A program made the translations under genes and the position numbers. From assembly GCA_030295235.1 (NCBI GenBank), contig AP026141.1, positions 558,001 through 622,000 on the forward strand: DNA of 64,000 nt, written 5' to 3'. The notes beneath the pieces are model-generated. The model did no database searches, was not told the origin of the DNA, and saw only the letters and a list, made by a program, of their open reading frames with translations. This DNA comes from Fistulifera solaris. Taxonomy: Eukaryota. Shown here piece by piece: positions 49,619 to 61,818 of this stretch. Within the stretch, counting starts at the first letter, position 1. Each line of letters begins with the position of its first letter.

Positions 49619-50165
49619 TTTTTGTACGAAGCTTGTTCTTCCTTAACCAAAAGAGGAAGCAAGAGATCCGAGGATAATATGAAAAGACAAATGAAGGTAG
49701 TAATGATCGTCAAAGTCTCATGCCAGTTGGTTCTTATACGTTCTCCCCCTCTCTTGTTTATTGCGATCTCGTCTCTTTTACGTCATGCAGAAAACCTCAC
49801 AACGAAAAGAACCGCGCCGCGTCTCTTCGAGGTGCGCCAAACAGAACGAGAACGGAAACGGAGTCACGCATGTTCTTCACTTTTCGCTGTACAGTAAAAT
49901 ATTTATGGCATACAAACTGTAGGAAAGACCTACTTTTTTGCTGTATTGCGTCAGAGTGACCAAACCATGTCTCGTGTCTCGCACCGACGCGGAATTCGGG
50001 GGAAGGATGTTCGCTCTCTCGATAGCTAGAGCGATGACGAGCTAGCTTTAGGCACTCTACTTCGATGCTACGACCATAAAAAAATACATTCATCAAGCAA
50101 TCATAAAAAGCACAACAAATCAAGCTGAAAAGTTTTGTTTTCGGGTTCCCAGGCCTAGCTAAAAT

Positions 50166-51553
50166 TCATCGTGCACTTCTTTTTTTCCTTCGTTGTCTTC
50201 GTCGACGACCCAAAGTAGTTTGCGTAGTATGCAGTCGATCAATCCATTTATTGATGGTTTCTAGATCCGGATGATTGTGAAAACGCACCAAATCGACTTC
50301 ATCGTTGTATTCTTCATCGCCGTGCCCCGCCGGTACCAACGCCAACAACAGGGGATACCGTTTCAGGTCAAATTCTTTCGCCAAAGCCAAATTCTTGGCG
50401 CGACTTTCACCAAACAAAAACTTATCCCGGTGTTGATACGCCACCGAAGCAAACATGGCACCGGTTTCGTACTTGTCCGACAGTAACAAAATGGCCGCAT
50501 CGTGCTTTTCATTCGATGGATGCAACAATGGCTCAATCAAACGTTCTTGCAAATGTTCGACGGAATTAATGTTGCGAATGTTATCGGTCGGCATGTTCTG
50601 CGTGACAAATTCGTGCAACTGGCGAGCATTGGGCAGTTTCGAGTCGTCGTAGAACGTGTGCTGACCGGCCACGACAAAGGCGAATTGTGGTAAATCTTCT
50701 AAATCAATTCCCAATTCGAGACAGAAATTGGCTTCGTCCTTGTTGCGACCACAATTCATGGCCCCAATCTTGTATGAACCCGAGATTTTGCTGGCCAGCG
50801 TTTCGATCGGACCCTTGGCTTTTTCGCTGCGAGGATGTTGGTAATCGTAAAAAACAATCAACCACAAATATTTGGATTTCTCGTTGGGATATTTCGGTTT
50901 TCCGAGTCGTGTCACGTTGGGGATATCTTTGAACCAGTCCACTTTGGGTGCGGCTGTCTTGGGTTTTCCGGGTCGGGCTCCTCCTCCAAATTGCGCTCCT
51001 CCATCAAAGCCATCAAAATGAACTTTGAAATTACCCGATTCAAAACCACCCATTCCCCCCTGCACCAAACATTTCTTGAAACATGGAGAAAGGATCAAAT
51101 TGGAAGGTATGCCCACCCGCACTTCCTGCATTGAATTTGAAATTGTACGTTTGACCTCCACCGAAACCACCACCACCGGCCGAGCCAAATCCACCCGCAT
51201 TCGGATCCATACCTCGCTCCATCATTTCGAGTCCTTGTTTACCGTATTGATCGTACACTTTGCGTTTGTCGTCATCCGATAAGATCGAATAGGCTTCACT
51301 GACTTTGACAAAGATTTCTTCGGCCTTTTTCTTTTTCGTCGTCGGGTACTTTGTCGGGATGATATTTGAGAGCCAATTTGCGATACGCGGCTTTGATATC
51401 TTTCGCATTGGCCTTTTTGCTGACACCGAGAATGTCGTAATAATCATCCTTGGCGGCAAAATTGGCGTGTCGGGCGGCTTTTCCGTGCGATGAGAGAATT
51501 GTCAAGAACAGGAGAAGCCAGAAGAGCCGTAATGATTGTTGTTGTAATTTCAT
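50166..51553 (-). CDS. Secretory-pathway DnaJ protein with thioredoxin-like domains; frameshifts near 51330 and 51057
   Basis: Signal peptide, DYYDILGV...KYHPDK, G/F-rich linker, then WLIVFY...IGAMNC...FC thioredoxin-like folds; shifts lie in an A-run and a G-run. Confidence 0.8.
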
Positions 51554-52036
51554 AGTGACAGGAAAACAAGAGGCCGGGCGAACGATTCGAATCAGAGGAT
51601 AATGATAACGAGTTGTTGATTGCTTTGGCTTTTATAACACTGTTGTTCTTGTTGCATGCAACATTATTTGTTATTTGTCGCGATGAAAGAGCCGAAAACG
51701 TAAAAGAAAAAAGGCGCGACCGAAAAGATCTCGGAGGCAGATGACGCAAAGTACTTTTAAACGGATACTCGATAAGGACATAAGTCCATCTTGTAGGAAA
51801 TGACACGTGGAACAATTCTTGGAATAATCTCGACCCAAACGACATCGTACCGGTACCGAAGACATTTTCGAACACCACGACTCAAAAATTCAGCGACGAG
51901 ATGAGCGACAGAAATCTTTCCGCAATCGTTTCTGTGCAGTCAATTGACTCTTATTGTTCAGAGTGCTGTTCCTTTACATTCCGTTCTTCTTCAGCTATAA
52001 GAGCACATTCAATTCATTCCAATCGCTCAAGACACC

Positions 52037-52651
52037 ATGACTGTAAAGGTAAGTTGATCGCGGTGCAGCGTTTTCGGAGTCATCATCTTCTTCCTTTCAC
52101 TCACGATGATTGGGGGCCTTGCTACGACCGCACACCATAAAGACGAACCAACCGACAAGAAACCCGATGTAGAGGAACCCGATATTCCGTTCGCCGAGGC
52201 ATTGTCTATACCGCCGCAAAATGTGTCAGTCGCCCAAGCAGCTCCTCCGGCACCGACAGCACCGACGGCACCGACGCAGAGTACTACGACAGCAGTGCCC
52301 ACGGGGGCGGCTCCGTCGGGTGGAGTGTATCATATTCCCAATTTGGGACGTCAACCCAAATCGCTCAAGTGTCCGAACTGTCAGCAAGATACGCAAACTG
52401 ACGTGACGAATCAAGTCGACGCTTTTACGTTTGTGTTTTGCGTCATCATCTTCCTTTTGTTTTGGCCTTTGTTCTGGTTGGTAGGTGGGATTGAGCGTTT
52501 TGTCTCTTTTTTTGTGGCGGTGTCACTCTGTCTCACGTGTGGTTCTTGTCGTCTACGCAGCCCTTTGTTCTTCCTCCCTGCAAAGCAGCCGTTCACGTCT
52601 GTCCCAAGTGCCGCAAGCAACTGGGAAAGACCCCCACTCTGCTGTGGCTAA
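52037..52651 (+). CDS. LITAF-domain protein (copy 1); introns about 52049-52142 and 52481-52560; 3' end uncertain
   Basis: Pro-rich N-terminus, CPNC, hydrophobic stretch (LLFWPLFWL|PF), HVCPKC. Confidence 0.75.
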
Positions 52652-53351
52652 GTAGTAGAATGCTTTTGCAGAGCCGCCATTGGTCACGAATACGACTTTT
52701 CATCATTAAAAAGGACATGTGTTTCCATCCGTTTAGTATTTAAATAGCAATATTCATTATGAATGAGTTGCCCGTAAATCGCGTGTTGTAAAGTCTCGAA
52801 AATACACTGCAGTTTCAACCAATTCTTGTTTCGGAAATTATGATTCGTATCATTGTCATCCAATAGAATCTTCCGTTTATTTCCCGTCCCTTTCCCAGTT
52901 CGGAGCGTGACATAGATCAGACTGTGATCGATATAAGCATTCATTCACGATTTCATCAACCGACGCCAGCTGCCAGGTGTCACTACATTCTTTCTTACTC
53001 AAAATGCGAATATTTAACGGCTAACGCGAATGACTATACAATGTAAAGTATAGAGAAACAAAAACACAATCTTCCAATTTCCAATTCCAACCTCCAACTT
53101 CCGAGTTCCGAGTACTGTTTCTAGGTAACACGAAAGAAATTCTACCTATCAACTATCAATTACTCTGTATCAAGCGTATTATTTGATTTTATCAAGCACG
53201 ACGGTATTGCGAGCTTCCGAGTCGTCGGTCGTCGCATCTTCTTTTTCATTATTTTTTGATGATTCTGGTCATAATTTTTGCCGGATTCGTAAAGCAAGCC
53301 CTCACTTCCATTTTTGAACAAATCTTCGACCACTCCGATCTTCTGACGAAC

Positions 53352-53940
53352 ATGACTGACAAAGGTATGTGAATAACGTTGAGCTCGGCGCGTCTGCTTT
53401 CTGTCTGAACTTCAAATAATTGGCTATTGGCTATAACGTTCCCTTGCTCACCTTCTTGGAAACAGACGTAAAGGCCACCGACGTGGAAGCCAATGCCGGA
53501 ACGCTTTCCACCCAAAATACTGCGCCCCCAACTCCAACGAAAACAGCTGCCACTCCATCGGGAGCTGCGACATCTACCGGTAAACCAGGTGTATACCGCA
53601 TGGCTAATTTGGGATATCAACCCAGATCCATCACGTGCCCAAACTGTCAGCAGAAGACACGGACCGAAGTTAGTCTCGAGACCGATTCAAAAACGATGAT
53701 CGCTTTCGTTGCGTTGTTGATCTTGTTTTGGCCGCTGTGCTGGTTGGTAAGTGCTATCTTGGGGGGACAAACTCTTGTATGCACAATTCGCGGTCTTTCT
53801 TAATACTGTACGTTTCGGGTACCCAGCCTTTTGTCAGTCCTTCATGCAAAGCAGCGACTCATGTCTGTCCCTTGTGCCACACGCAATTGGGGACAACTCC
53901 CCCTGCAGTAACTAAGGACAGGGCGAAAAAAGTGCCGTAG
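53352..53940 (+). CDS. LITAF-domain protein (copy 2); introns 53365-53465 and 53747-53826
   Basis: CPNC...ILFWPLCWL|PF...HVCPLC; intron positions match copy 1. Confidence 0.8.
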
Positions 53941-54023
53941 CATCTGAGAGAAGAGAAGATGTATCTTTCGATTATTTATGGAACTTAAAGAAATAAGAAC
54001 CGTAAACTTTAATATTACAAAAT

Positions 54024-54659
54024 TCAGTCTACTGTCAAAAAATTCAATCTAGCTTTCCACTCTTCTACCCCCCACCGACTATCCGTATCGGAGACGATCT
54101 TTCCGTGTATCACATGTTTCGGTGTTCCAAATACACCGTAGCTTAAGGCAATTTTGTGTTCATCAAACGCGGGCTTTACTACACTTTCCCAATCATCCAT
54201 TTGTGTGACAAAACCATCAAACGTAAGTTTCTTGTCATCACTATCGCTTGCGTTATCGTCATCCAGCAGACCCGCCTGCTGGGCTATTTTCGCAAAGGCC
54301 TGCTTGATTTCACTTTTTTTGGGATCTGGTAGCGCTCGATTCGAAAAAGTATGCTGATGTTCAAAACACGCGTCAATGAATCGCATTTTGGCATCCAATC
54401 CTTTTTCCCGCTCGATCAACGTAGCTGCACACTGCCCCGGAAAGGCCTGTGCGTGAAAGGCCAAGCTCGTCAAATGAATTTGAAAGTGGTATTGATCCCC
54501 AAATGCCTGTGCTAGAGATTGACGATGCTGGTGCCAATGTTGCCGCGCGTAGGGGCATTGCAAATCCCAAAAGATATGCCACGTCGAGGCTTGGCGTCTC
54601 CTCGAACCGAATGTTGTTGATGATTTTCTCAAAGAGTGAAGAGCTACGAGAACAGTCAT
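54024..54659 (-). CDS. DsbA/thioredoxin-fold protein (copy 1)
   Basis: FWDLQCPYA active-site-like motif and GVFGTP cis-Pro loop. Confidence 0.7.
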   Translation of the reverse strand: MTVLVALHSLRKSSTTFGSRRRQASTWHIFWDLQCPYARQHWHQHRQSLAQAFGDQYHFQIHLTSLAFHAQAFPGQCAATLIEREKGLDAKMRFIDACFEHQHTFSNRALPDPKKSEIKQAFAKIAQQAGLLDDDNASDSDDKKLTFDGFVTQMDDWESVVKPAFDEHKIALSYGVFGTPKHVIHGKIVSDTDSRWGVEEWKARLNFLTVD

Positions 54660-56307
54660 ACTAAAAAGATTGACAACAAATTTTTGTCGTTGTGGTAATT
54701 TTGATGACAATAGAGCAAATGGCTTCCTTTAGAAAATCACAGATAGAATCGAAAAGATGCGAAGCCTCATCATAATTTTGTTTTACGAGTCGCCATGAGG
54801 TTGATTCATGATTCATGACAAAAATGCATTGGCAGAAAATGTTGGCTTGTGCTCGTTTCTCCGTGCCTTGAAAATTTTTGCATTGTTGCGCAAGTCTCGT
54901 CGGCGTAAAAGCAAATGACATAAAATGTGAAAGCTGTTGAAGACCACATTGCATCGCAACACAGACAAACGGAACTCAACATAGATGCTGAACGAAATAA
55001 AAGCAGCATTGGTATTACGGAGTATTCATTCATCGTCTATCATCAAGAATAGGGATTCATGACTGGAGTGCAGTCGTGGATATGTGACTTTACACTTTAG
55101 ACGATAGTATATTGTCGGCTTGCGCCTGGTATGAGGCGTAAAAGTGAATCCGTGAATGATTGTTGATCGTGAATGAATCGCGACGATCGATTGAGGAAGG
55201 AAATAAGCGTTTTGATAATTTTCGTTGTCATTAAAATGTATTGTCGAGGTTATATATTATTATGTTTGATTGTGTTTATTCTTCACCTGGATATTGTTCT
55301 TGATCTAATACGTCACGAGGGTCAGGTCGAGTTGTTGCGAATTTGGAGTCGACTAAGCGACTGCCAATTGGAAAACCGTAAAAACAGAAAACGAAAGTCT
55401 CTTCGATGAAGTTGGTGCTAACGAACAACGAATTGAAAATCAAGTGCCTATCGAGAACACTTACACAGAAAGAACGAAACCAACAGCAGCAAGATTGGTC
55501 AGCGTCTCTGCCGCTCACGTTTTACGACATATTGCATTGTCACATCCTGACCGTCACAGCCTTAGTAATATCAAGACAGTAAATGGAAGCTGCGAAAGCA
55601 TCATCGAGTGGGCCAAAGCTGCAACCTTCTTTCTTCCGTAGATAGTCTTGACGTAATATCTGCAGGAACCTGATACTCTCTCTTGAAAAATGGAATTGGT
55701 ACATCTAACGAAGAATCAGGCGTAAACCAATTCCTTTCTGATAAGGCCTTCAAAGATATCGTAGCTGCATTTCGATGATCTAGTTGCGTGTCGCAAATGC
55801 ACCACGCTTTCTTTTTAGCAACCACAGACGCACCATCCATGTCTACAAACAGAGACTTCGCGCGCTTCGTCTTCACCGCTTCTCGGATTCTATTTTTCTT
55901 GGTAGAGCTGATCATAATACTCGCGGTCTAAAACCAAAAACGTTGAAATCGAAGTTATCGCACGATTCCGGATCACATGCAATGATGTTACGGCATGAAT
56001 AGATGAAAGCGAACGCACGATTCCGGATCGAGTGCTATCTTCATGTCTCCAGAAAATCTGGAAATGTTTTCAACGGGCAGGGTTGTTTTCACGTTTCCAG
56101 AAAGTCCGGGTCATGATATCACTTTCCCAGAAAATCTGGGAGAATGGTGTGTTTTCAATTATTTTACACGCGCTGCGCGGACAGATGAGCGGAAAACAAT
56201 AATAATACAATGAAAACAGCTTGATATATAATAACGGTCGTTCGTTCCTAGTTGAGCTTTCTTTCATATCATTAGTCATTATTTCACGCGCTAATAATCA
56301 AGCAATG

Positions 56308-56768
56308 ACTTTTGGTTATGAAGAATCGAGCGCGTTTCGTGGCGAGGATAGAAATAATTCTCACAATCATGACAGTGACGACATCGAAGGAAATGAGCAC
56401 AACAAGCTCAAAAAGAATAATACTCCACTGTCGCCTACGAATACTCATACAACGAAAGAAATTATTGCTTACGCAGTTCCTCTGACGCGTCGAATGTGAC
56501 ACGAATACCGAACGCCAAACCGATTCGGTGGAATCAGCAAGATCCTCCTGCCGCTGAACCGGAGAAGCCAATACAGTTGCCTAAAGTTGCGACTCCATTG
56601 TGCATCGTAGGATCATTGATTCTTACGCTACTAACCTGGTCATTGATGACTGCAGTGACTTTCGCCTACGGTTATGTTGTGTGGAATTCAATTTTGTTTT
56701 TGTTCAAAGAGGGAGTCTTTTACGAGATGGTTGAAAACAACAAGACAACAATTGTTGTGAATAGATGA
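56308..56768 (+). CDS. Hypothetical membrane protein; probable frameshift near 56495
   Basis: ORF 56221..56499 (MTFGYEESS...AYAVP) abuts ORF 56496..56768, which has a long hydrophobic segment. Confidence 0.35.
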
Positions 56769-56941
56769 ATATCTGCAAAGGAAAAAGGGGAAAATTGTGC
56801 GGTACAGTTGATTTGAGCGTCAGTGATTGTTGATGCAGAATCTAGACAATAAAGCTGATTTGAGCAGGTGCTTTTGTGTTTGCTGGTGAACCACACTACA
56901 GATATGTTGGATGAAAAGGCTGCTTTACATTTTGCAATTAC

Positions 56942-57535
56942 TCATTCTGTCTTTAAGGAATCCAATTTGGTCTTCCATTCATCGACTCCCCACGTGCTTT
57001 CCGTACCAGGAACCAGCTTCCCGTGGATGACATGTTTCGGTGTTCCAAAAACACCATAGCCCAAAGCGATCTTGTGTTCGGCGTACGCGGGCTTGACGAC
57101 GGTTTCCCAATCATCCATTCGTGTGAGAAAATCATCATACGAAAGCTTATTGTCAGCAGGACCACGTAAATCACATTCATCTAATAGTCCCGCCCTTTGT
57201 GCAATATTCGCAAACGCTCGTTTGATTTCACTCTTCGTTGGATCTGGCAAGGCGGTATTCGTGTACTCGTGCTGATGTTCAAAGCACGCATCAATGAACT
57301 GCATTTTCGCGTCGGGTCCTTTCTCTTGCTCCAACAAGTAGGCCGCACACTGACCGGGAAAGGCCTGCGCGTGAAAGGCCAGACTCGTCAAATGAATTTG
57401 AAAGTCGTATTGCTCACGAAACGCGTTCGCCAGAACGTGGCGATGCTGGTGCCAATGTTGGCGCGCGTAGGGGCACTGCAAATCCCAGAAAATGTGCCAA
57501 GTAATCAATGAGGGGCGCATTTTCTTGGCTGGCAT
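56942..57535 (-). CDS. DsbA/thioredoxin-fold protein (copy 2)
   Basis: Highly similar to 54024..54659 (TWHIFWDLQCPYARQHWHQHR, LAFHAQAFPGQCAA, YGVFGTPKHVIHGK). Confidence 0.7.
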   Translation of the reverse strand: MPAKKMRPSLITWHIFWDLQCPYARQHWHQHRHVLANAFREQYDFQIHLTSLAFHAQAFPGQCAAYLLEQEKGPDAKMQFIDACFEHQHEYTNTALPDPTKSEIKRAFANIAQRAGLLDECDLRGPADNKLSYDDFLTRMDDWETVVKPAYAEHKIALGYGVFGTPKHVIHGKLVPGTESTWGVDEWKTKLDSLKTE

Positions 57536-58074
57536 ATACAAATGTGCGCTTCGGTTTCTTCGAGTTATCAAGTTATTTGTTTGTTTACTATTCGATATGC
57601 TTCTCGACGATGGAAAAATTGTGAAAAGCCGACGAATCGATGTTTCGTTGAAATCCGGAACTGGATCGGAAATAAATCGGGAAAATTGTGAATGAATTTA
57701 GGCCAAAAGACACCATACCGTTGTAAAAATGTTATTTCTAACATTCCGTATTCCTCTAGAGATTCTCTCAAATATTACCAAGGAAGAAATAATATCCGAG
57801 GAATTCATAGAACAAGGAGGCTACAAAAAGACCGGAGGCCCATTTCGAGTTCGGATCGGGTTTTAGTGTGCGAAGTGGGAAGTGCGCCGATAAACGAAGA
57901 AAGAAAAAACGATGTTGCGGAGTATCGAGGTAAAAAGCAGTTTTAAGGTATGTACTTATTCCACGGAAATTTCTCGTCCCCAGTGAAGCAACGAGACGTA
58001 TCCTCAGACCAACTGATGAATAGGATTACATAATCTGACGCCATTTTAAACCGAATTGGTGTAACTTCACTCAC

Positions 58075-58823
58075 TTAGACACCCGTGCGTTTGTCAACTG
58101 CAATGAGATGATATCCGAACTGTCTCCCCAGATGATGGAAACGGCATAGAAAAAGAAGGTAAAGAAAACAACATCATGAATGTGAGATAATATTAAAGCG
58201 TCTGAATCACTTGATTCTCCTCTTCAACACGACACACCTTATCCAGCTATTGGGACCGACTCATAACAGCACACACTGTCTCTACGCACCTTGGTTTGAA
58301 TGGGACCCACCACTACCCCCAAGGGTGTTTCCGGATCAAAGATCACGGCATCGAATTCGGATACCATTCGTCCCGGAGGAAAACTACCCAGCGAACCACC
58401 TTGGGACGAAGAAGGACACGTCGAAAATTGACGAGCCGCGTCGGTGAATTTCAGTGTGCCCTCTTGGAGCTGTTCCATGATCCTGTCAACGTCTTCGGGT
58501 GATTTGACTAAGATATGTCGAGCGGTGGCTTTGATGCCTTCCGGTGGCGCCGAGTACTAATTATTTCATCATGATTAAACGAAAATCGATACTGCGTGAG
58601 TTTTTACGAAGGAAGAAAAGTAGTTGCGATATAGTTAACCCAAAAGGATAGAATCAGAAGTTACCTTTTGATTCGCAAAGGCATTCTTCAACAAACTGTC
58701 AAAAAATCCCATTTGCAACATCGATGACGATCGCGTGGAAGCGGCACGCATCGGCACAAATGCCAGAGCGTGTCTCTGTAATAGAGCACAGAGGACTATA
58801 GAAAGTAAATGAAGGAAGGTCAT
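58075..58823 (-). CDS. Parvulin-type peptidyl-prolyl isomerase, plastid-targeted; introns 58557-58664 and 58120-58289
   Basis: ALA|FVP presequence; ARHILV, STCPS..QGGSLG.F..GRMV.EFD, GPIQTK|FGYHLI after splicing. Confidence 0.9.
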
Positions 58824-59531
58824 GCTTTTTGTCGTCCTTTTAGTGATAATGAGAATGAGAATGAAATAATAACGCCCATACCGCGCAAAAAACGCATTCA
58901 TTCTTCTTCGCGACTGAAAATCGATGCAGTCGTGGCTAAGGACAACCTACATTATTTCACGCCTACAGTCACACCTAAACCGAGGAAAGGACAGAAAATG
59001 AGGTCCCTATAAAAATCCTATCATTCTGTAATGGAAACTGCACGACGCTGAATGGCAAATGCGATCCATGTAGGCCTTTACGTCGAATCCATTGTCAAAC
59101 AATTCAAGACTGAAATTTAGTCTTGAAACAAGTCGTCTACATTTGAGGCTATAATCGCGCTATACGGTGATGATACGACATTTATGTACCCTTCTCGTAA
59201 CTCATTTGCTTATTTCGAAACGTGATATGAATGTCGTATAGTGTGAAAGTGAACGCCGATCACTTTTCTCGTCCGCTCTCGCGCAAAAGAATACGGAGTA
59301 ACAAAAACGACACAAAAAAAAGCATCGCGATGCGATTGCCGTCATCGTTGCCATCACACATCGAGAAGACAACGATTAACAACTATGACCGGGAATACAT
59401 CAACTTTTAATTGCAGCAAAATGTCTTTTTTTCTCGTCGTCACAAAAAACAACGCCGAAGAAGCGGACGAAGCCGTCGGCAGTTTCGAAAGAAAACGTTA
59501 AGAACACCTTTCACTCTCTTTCGCTAACAGT

Positions 59532-60781
59532 ATGAACTCCTTCCATCGCTCTCCTCGACTTTTGTCGAAACGGCGCTCCTCTTCTTCTATGTCGCAAATG
59601 GATTCGGGAAGTCTTGTCTTTGCAGGATTTGCTCTTTTGCGACGGGTTTGTTTGTCATGACGTGCTTGGTGTTGCATCGGCACCTTTCATCGAGTCCTCT
59701 TTCTTCGACATTATCACTACGCAGAACTCATTTGACCCCGTCTCATTCCTCCAGCTTTACAACGACGACACTACCTGTCCGCTATAGCATGACACCACCG
59801 GCAGATGTACCGTACGACATTTATCATTGTCCGGATACACCACCACCCCATTATCCGTACGAATGGAATCTATTGCAAGTTCTCGATCACTGGCCGATCG
59901 ATACTACGGCCGTGCCTGCCTACTGGCATCAAGGATTATGTGTTTGGGATGCCCGCATTCACACTCAACAGATTGAAACCTACTTGAAAGCGGAAGTGCC
60001 GTTTGTGTTGCAACATCATCCGGACGTCCTGGCGACGGCGCAACGTTGGTCGACGCCCGGCTATTTGCATCAGTTACTGGCCAATAAAAAACAAACCACG
60101 GAACACAGCTCCAACAATCAGTTTTTATTTTGGAGACCCTTGTCGTTTATGCGTCAAATTCCGAAATCCACCATCGATCATGTCGATTTGACGTTTGCGG
60201 AATGGTACGACAAAGCCCAAGCTTTGCAAACGACTTCCGAACCCCAAGCGACGCAAGAACATTGGTACTTTCGCATCAATGGGATCCAACGGATGCAGGA
60301 AAATCTGTTTTTGTATGACGAATTACCGTACTTTCACCCCCAAAAGTCGTGGTTCATGGTGGAACCGGAACAAGAACGGGGCATCAATTGTCGATTCGGT
60401 ATGAAAGGGGCGTTTGCGGCGTCGCATTTTGATCCGACGCGGAATTGGATTACGCTGCTGGGTGGAACGCGACGGTATCTGTTGAGCAATTACACACAAT
60501 GCTCCCATTTGCAACTCTATCCCATCGATCATCCTTCGCAACGTCATTCGATGGTCGATTGGAGTCGGCCTCGCCAATACTTACAAGAGCACCCCGAAAC
60601 ACAAGGCTTCGCCCAAGCAACGGTCAATGAAGTTGTGTTACAAGCGGGCGATGCCTTGTATTTGCCGACTTCGTGGTTTCATGCGATTGTTTCTCTCGAT
60701 ATCAATTATCAATGCAATGCCCGGTCGGGTGTGACGCCGGAAAGTTTTCCTACTTTGCGAGAATGTGGCTTTGGGAACTAA
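59532..60781 (+). CDS. JmjC/cupin-like 2-oxoglutarate Fe(II) oxygenase with N-terminal membrane anchor; frameshift near 59638, start uncertain
   Basis: HxD...H triad (ASHFD...LYLPTSWFHAI); restoring one T gives the hydrophobic anchor LVFAGFALFATGLFVMTCLVL. Confidence 0.8.
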
Positions 60782-60998
60782 TATTCAATGGAGACTTTTT
60801 TCAAGCAGTAAAGTATGGAGAAAAACAGGCTGACGTATTATAGGACTGGTTGTCGAATGAGTTTGACAGAGACATTGACACTAAATAATATTATTTGAAA
60901 CCCTTTAGTTGCATCAATCGTGCTTCTTAACTAAACATCAATCCATTCTCTTACAGTACGACAAATAATCACTTGATAAGACAACTCTTTTTGTTTCT

Positions 60999-61324
60999 TT
61001 AGTTCAAAGCACGTCCTGGGCGGCATTCGACGCGTTCATTCTTCTTGCCTCCAAAGAAACGGCCTTGACGAAGACGACGCCCCGGACACGGATCTTCCGG
61101 CGCGTCATCGTCACAGAACCACAAGAAGGGTAGAAGTTCACACCACGTCCAGTGGAAGGTGTCTTCGGCACAGACACCGCGGGCGGCGACTGCGAGACAA
61201 AGAGAACGAATGAGTGTTGTAATCGAACGACGTACTGCTGTGATATTGTCGTTCATACGAAGAATCGAGGTCACTTACAGGCCAGGCTAAAGACGAGAAG
61301 GAGCGGCAAGTGCTGGATCTGCAT
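60999..61324 (-). CDS. Small secreted Trp/Cys-rich peptide precursor A (78 aa); intron 61190-61278
   Basis: Splicing a GTAAGT...TCGCAG phase-1 intron gives MQIQHLPLLLVFSLAFAARGVCA-EDTFHWTWCELLPFLWFCDDDAPEDPCPG-RRLR-QGRFFGGKKNERVECRPGRALN. Confidence 0.75.
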
Positions 61325-61818
61325 GAGGAATACGAAGTTGTTATAATGACAGCGTTTCTTTGTTGTTGTCCAAACAGACGCGAGGCTTTTATTTTGAAAT
61401 CTTTTCGAGCGCGCCGCATGCGAATTTCAAAAGCACGAAGTCTACACAAAAATTTTTGTAAGAAATGTACTTGTACCGAAAACGTTTGGTGCCCTTCGGA
61501 ATGCCAATGGGTCTCATTCATCTTTGAGTATATGCCCGAATTGTAGATTTGTGCCTGTACGAACAAAAAGACACTGGGATGACGTATGACGTCTCCCCTA
61601 TGGTTCGAAGCTCAAGATGCGACTAAAAAGGTGACGACTGACGACGTGACAAGTGCTAGAGAGTCTATAGTAGGCACCTCCTAATACTCGTACCCTGAGC
61701 CACCACAAATTGAAATAGGCCGACTACTTTGCTTAATGGAAGCAGCTTCATTTACTTTTTTCCAATTATATTGACGTCCTTCCCCAAATGTACGCGGACT
61801 TTTCAATAAAGCGCCACT

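Noticed and set aside
55276..55915. Possible decayed gene or transposon fragment on the minus strand
   Set aside because: Coding-like stretches are broken by stops and I could not match any motif; a translated search is needed.
58075..58823. Parvulin as part of the peptide maturation locus
   Set aside because: Its presequence indicates plastid targeting, a different compartment from secreted peptides.
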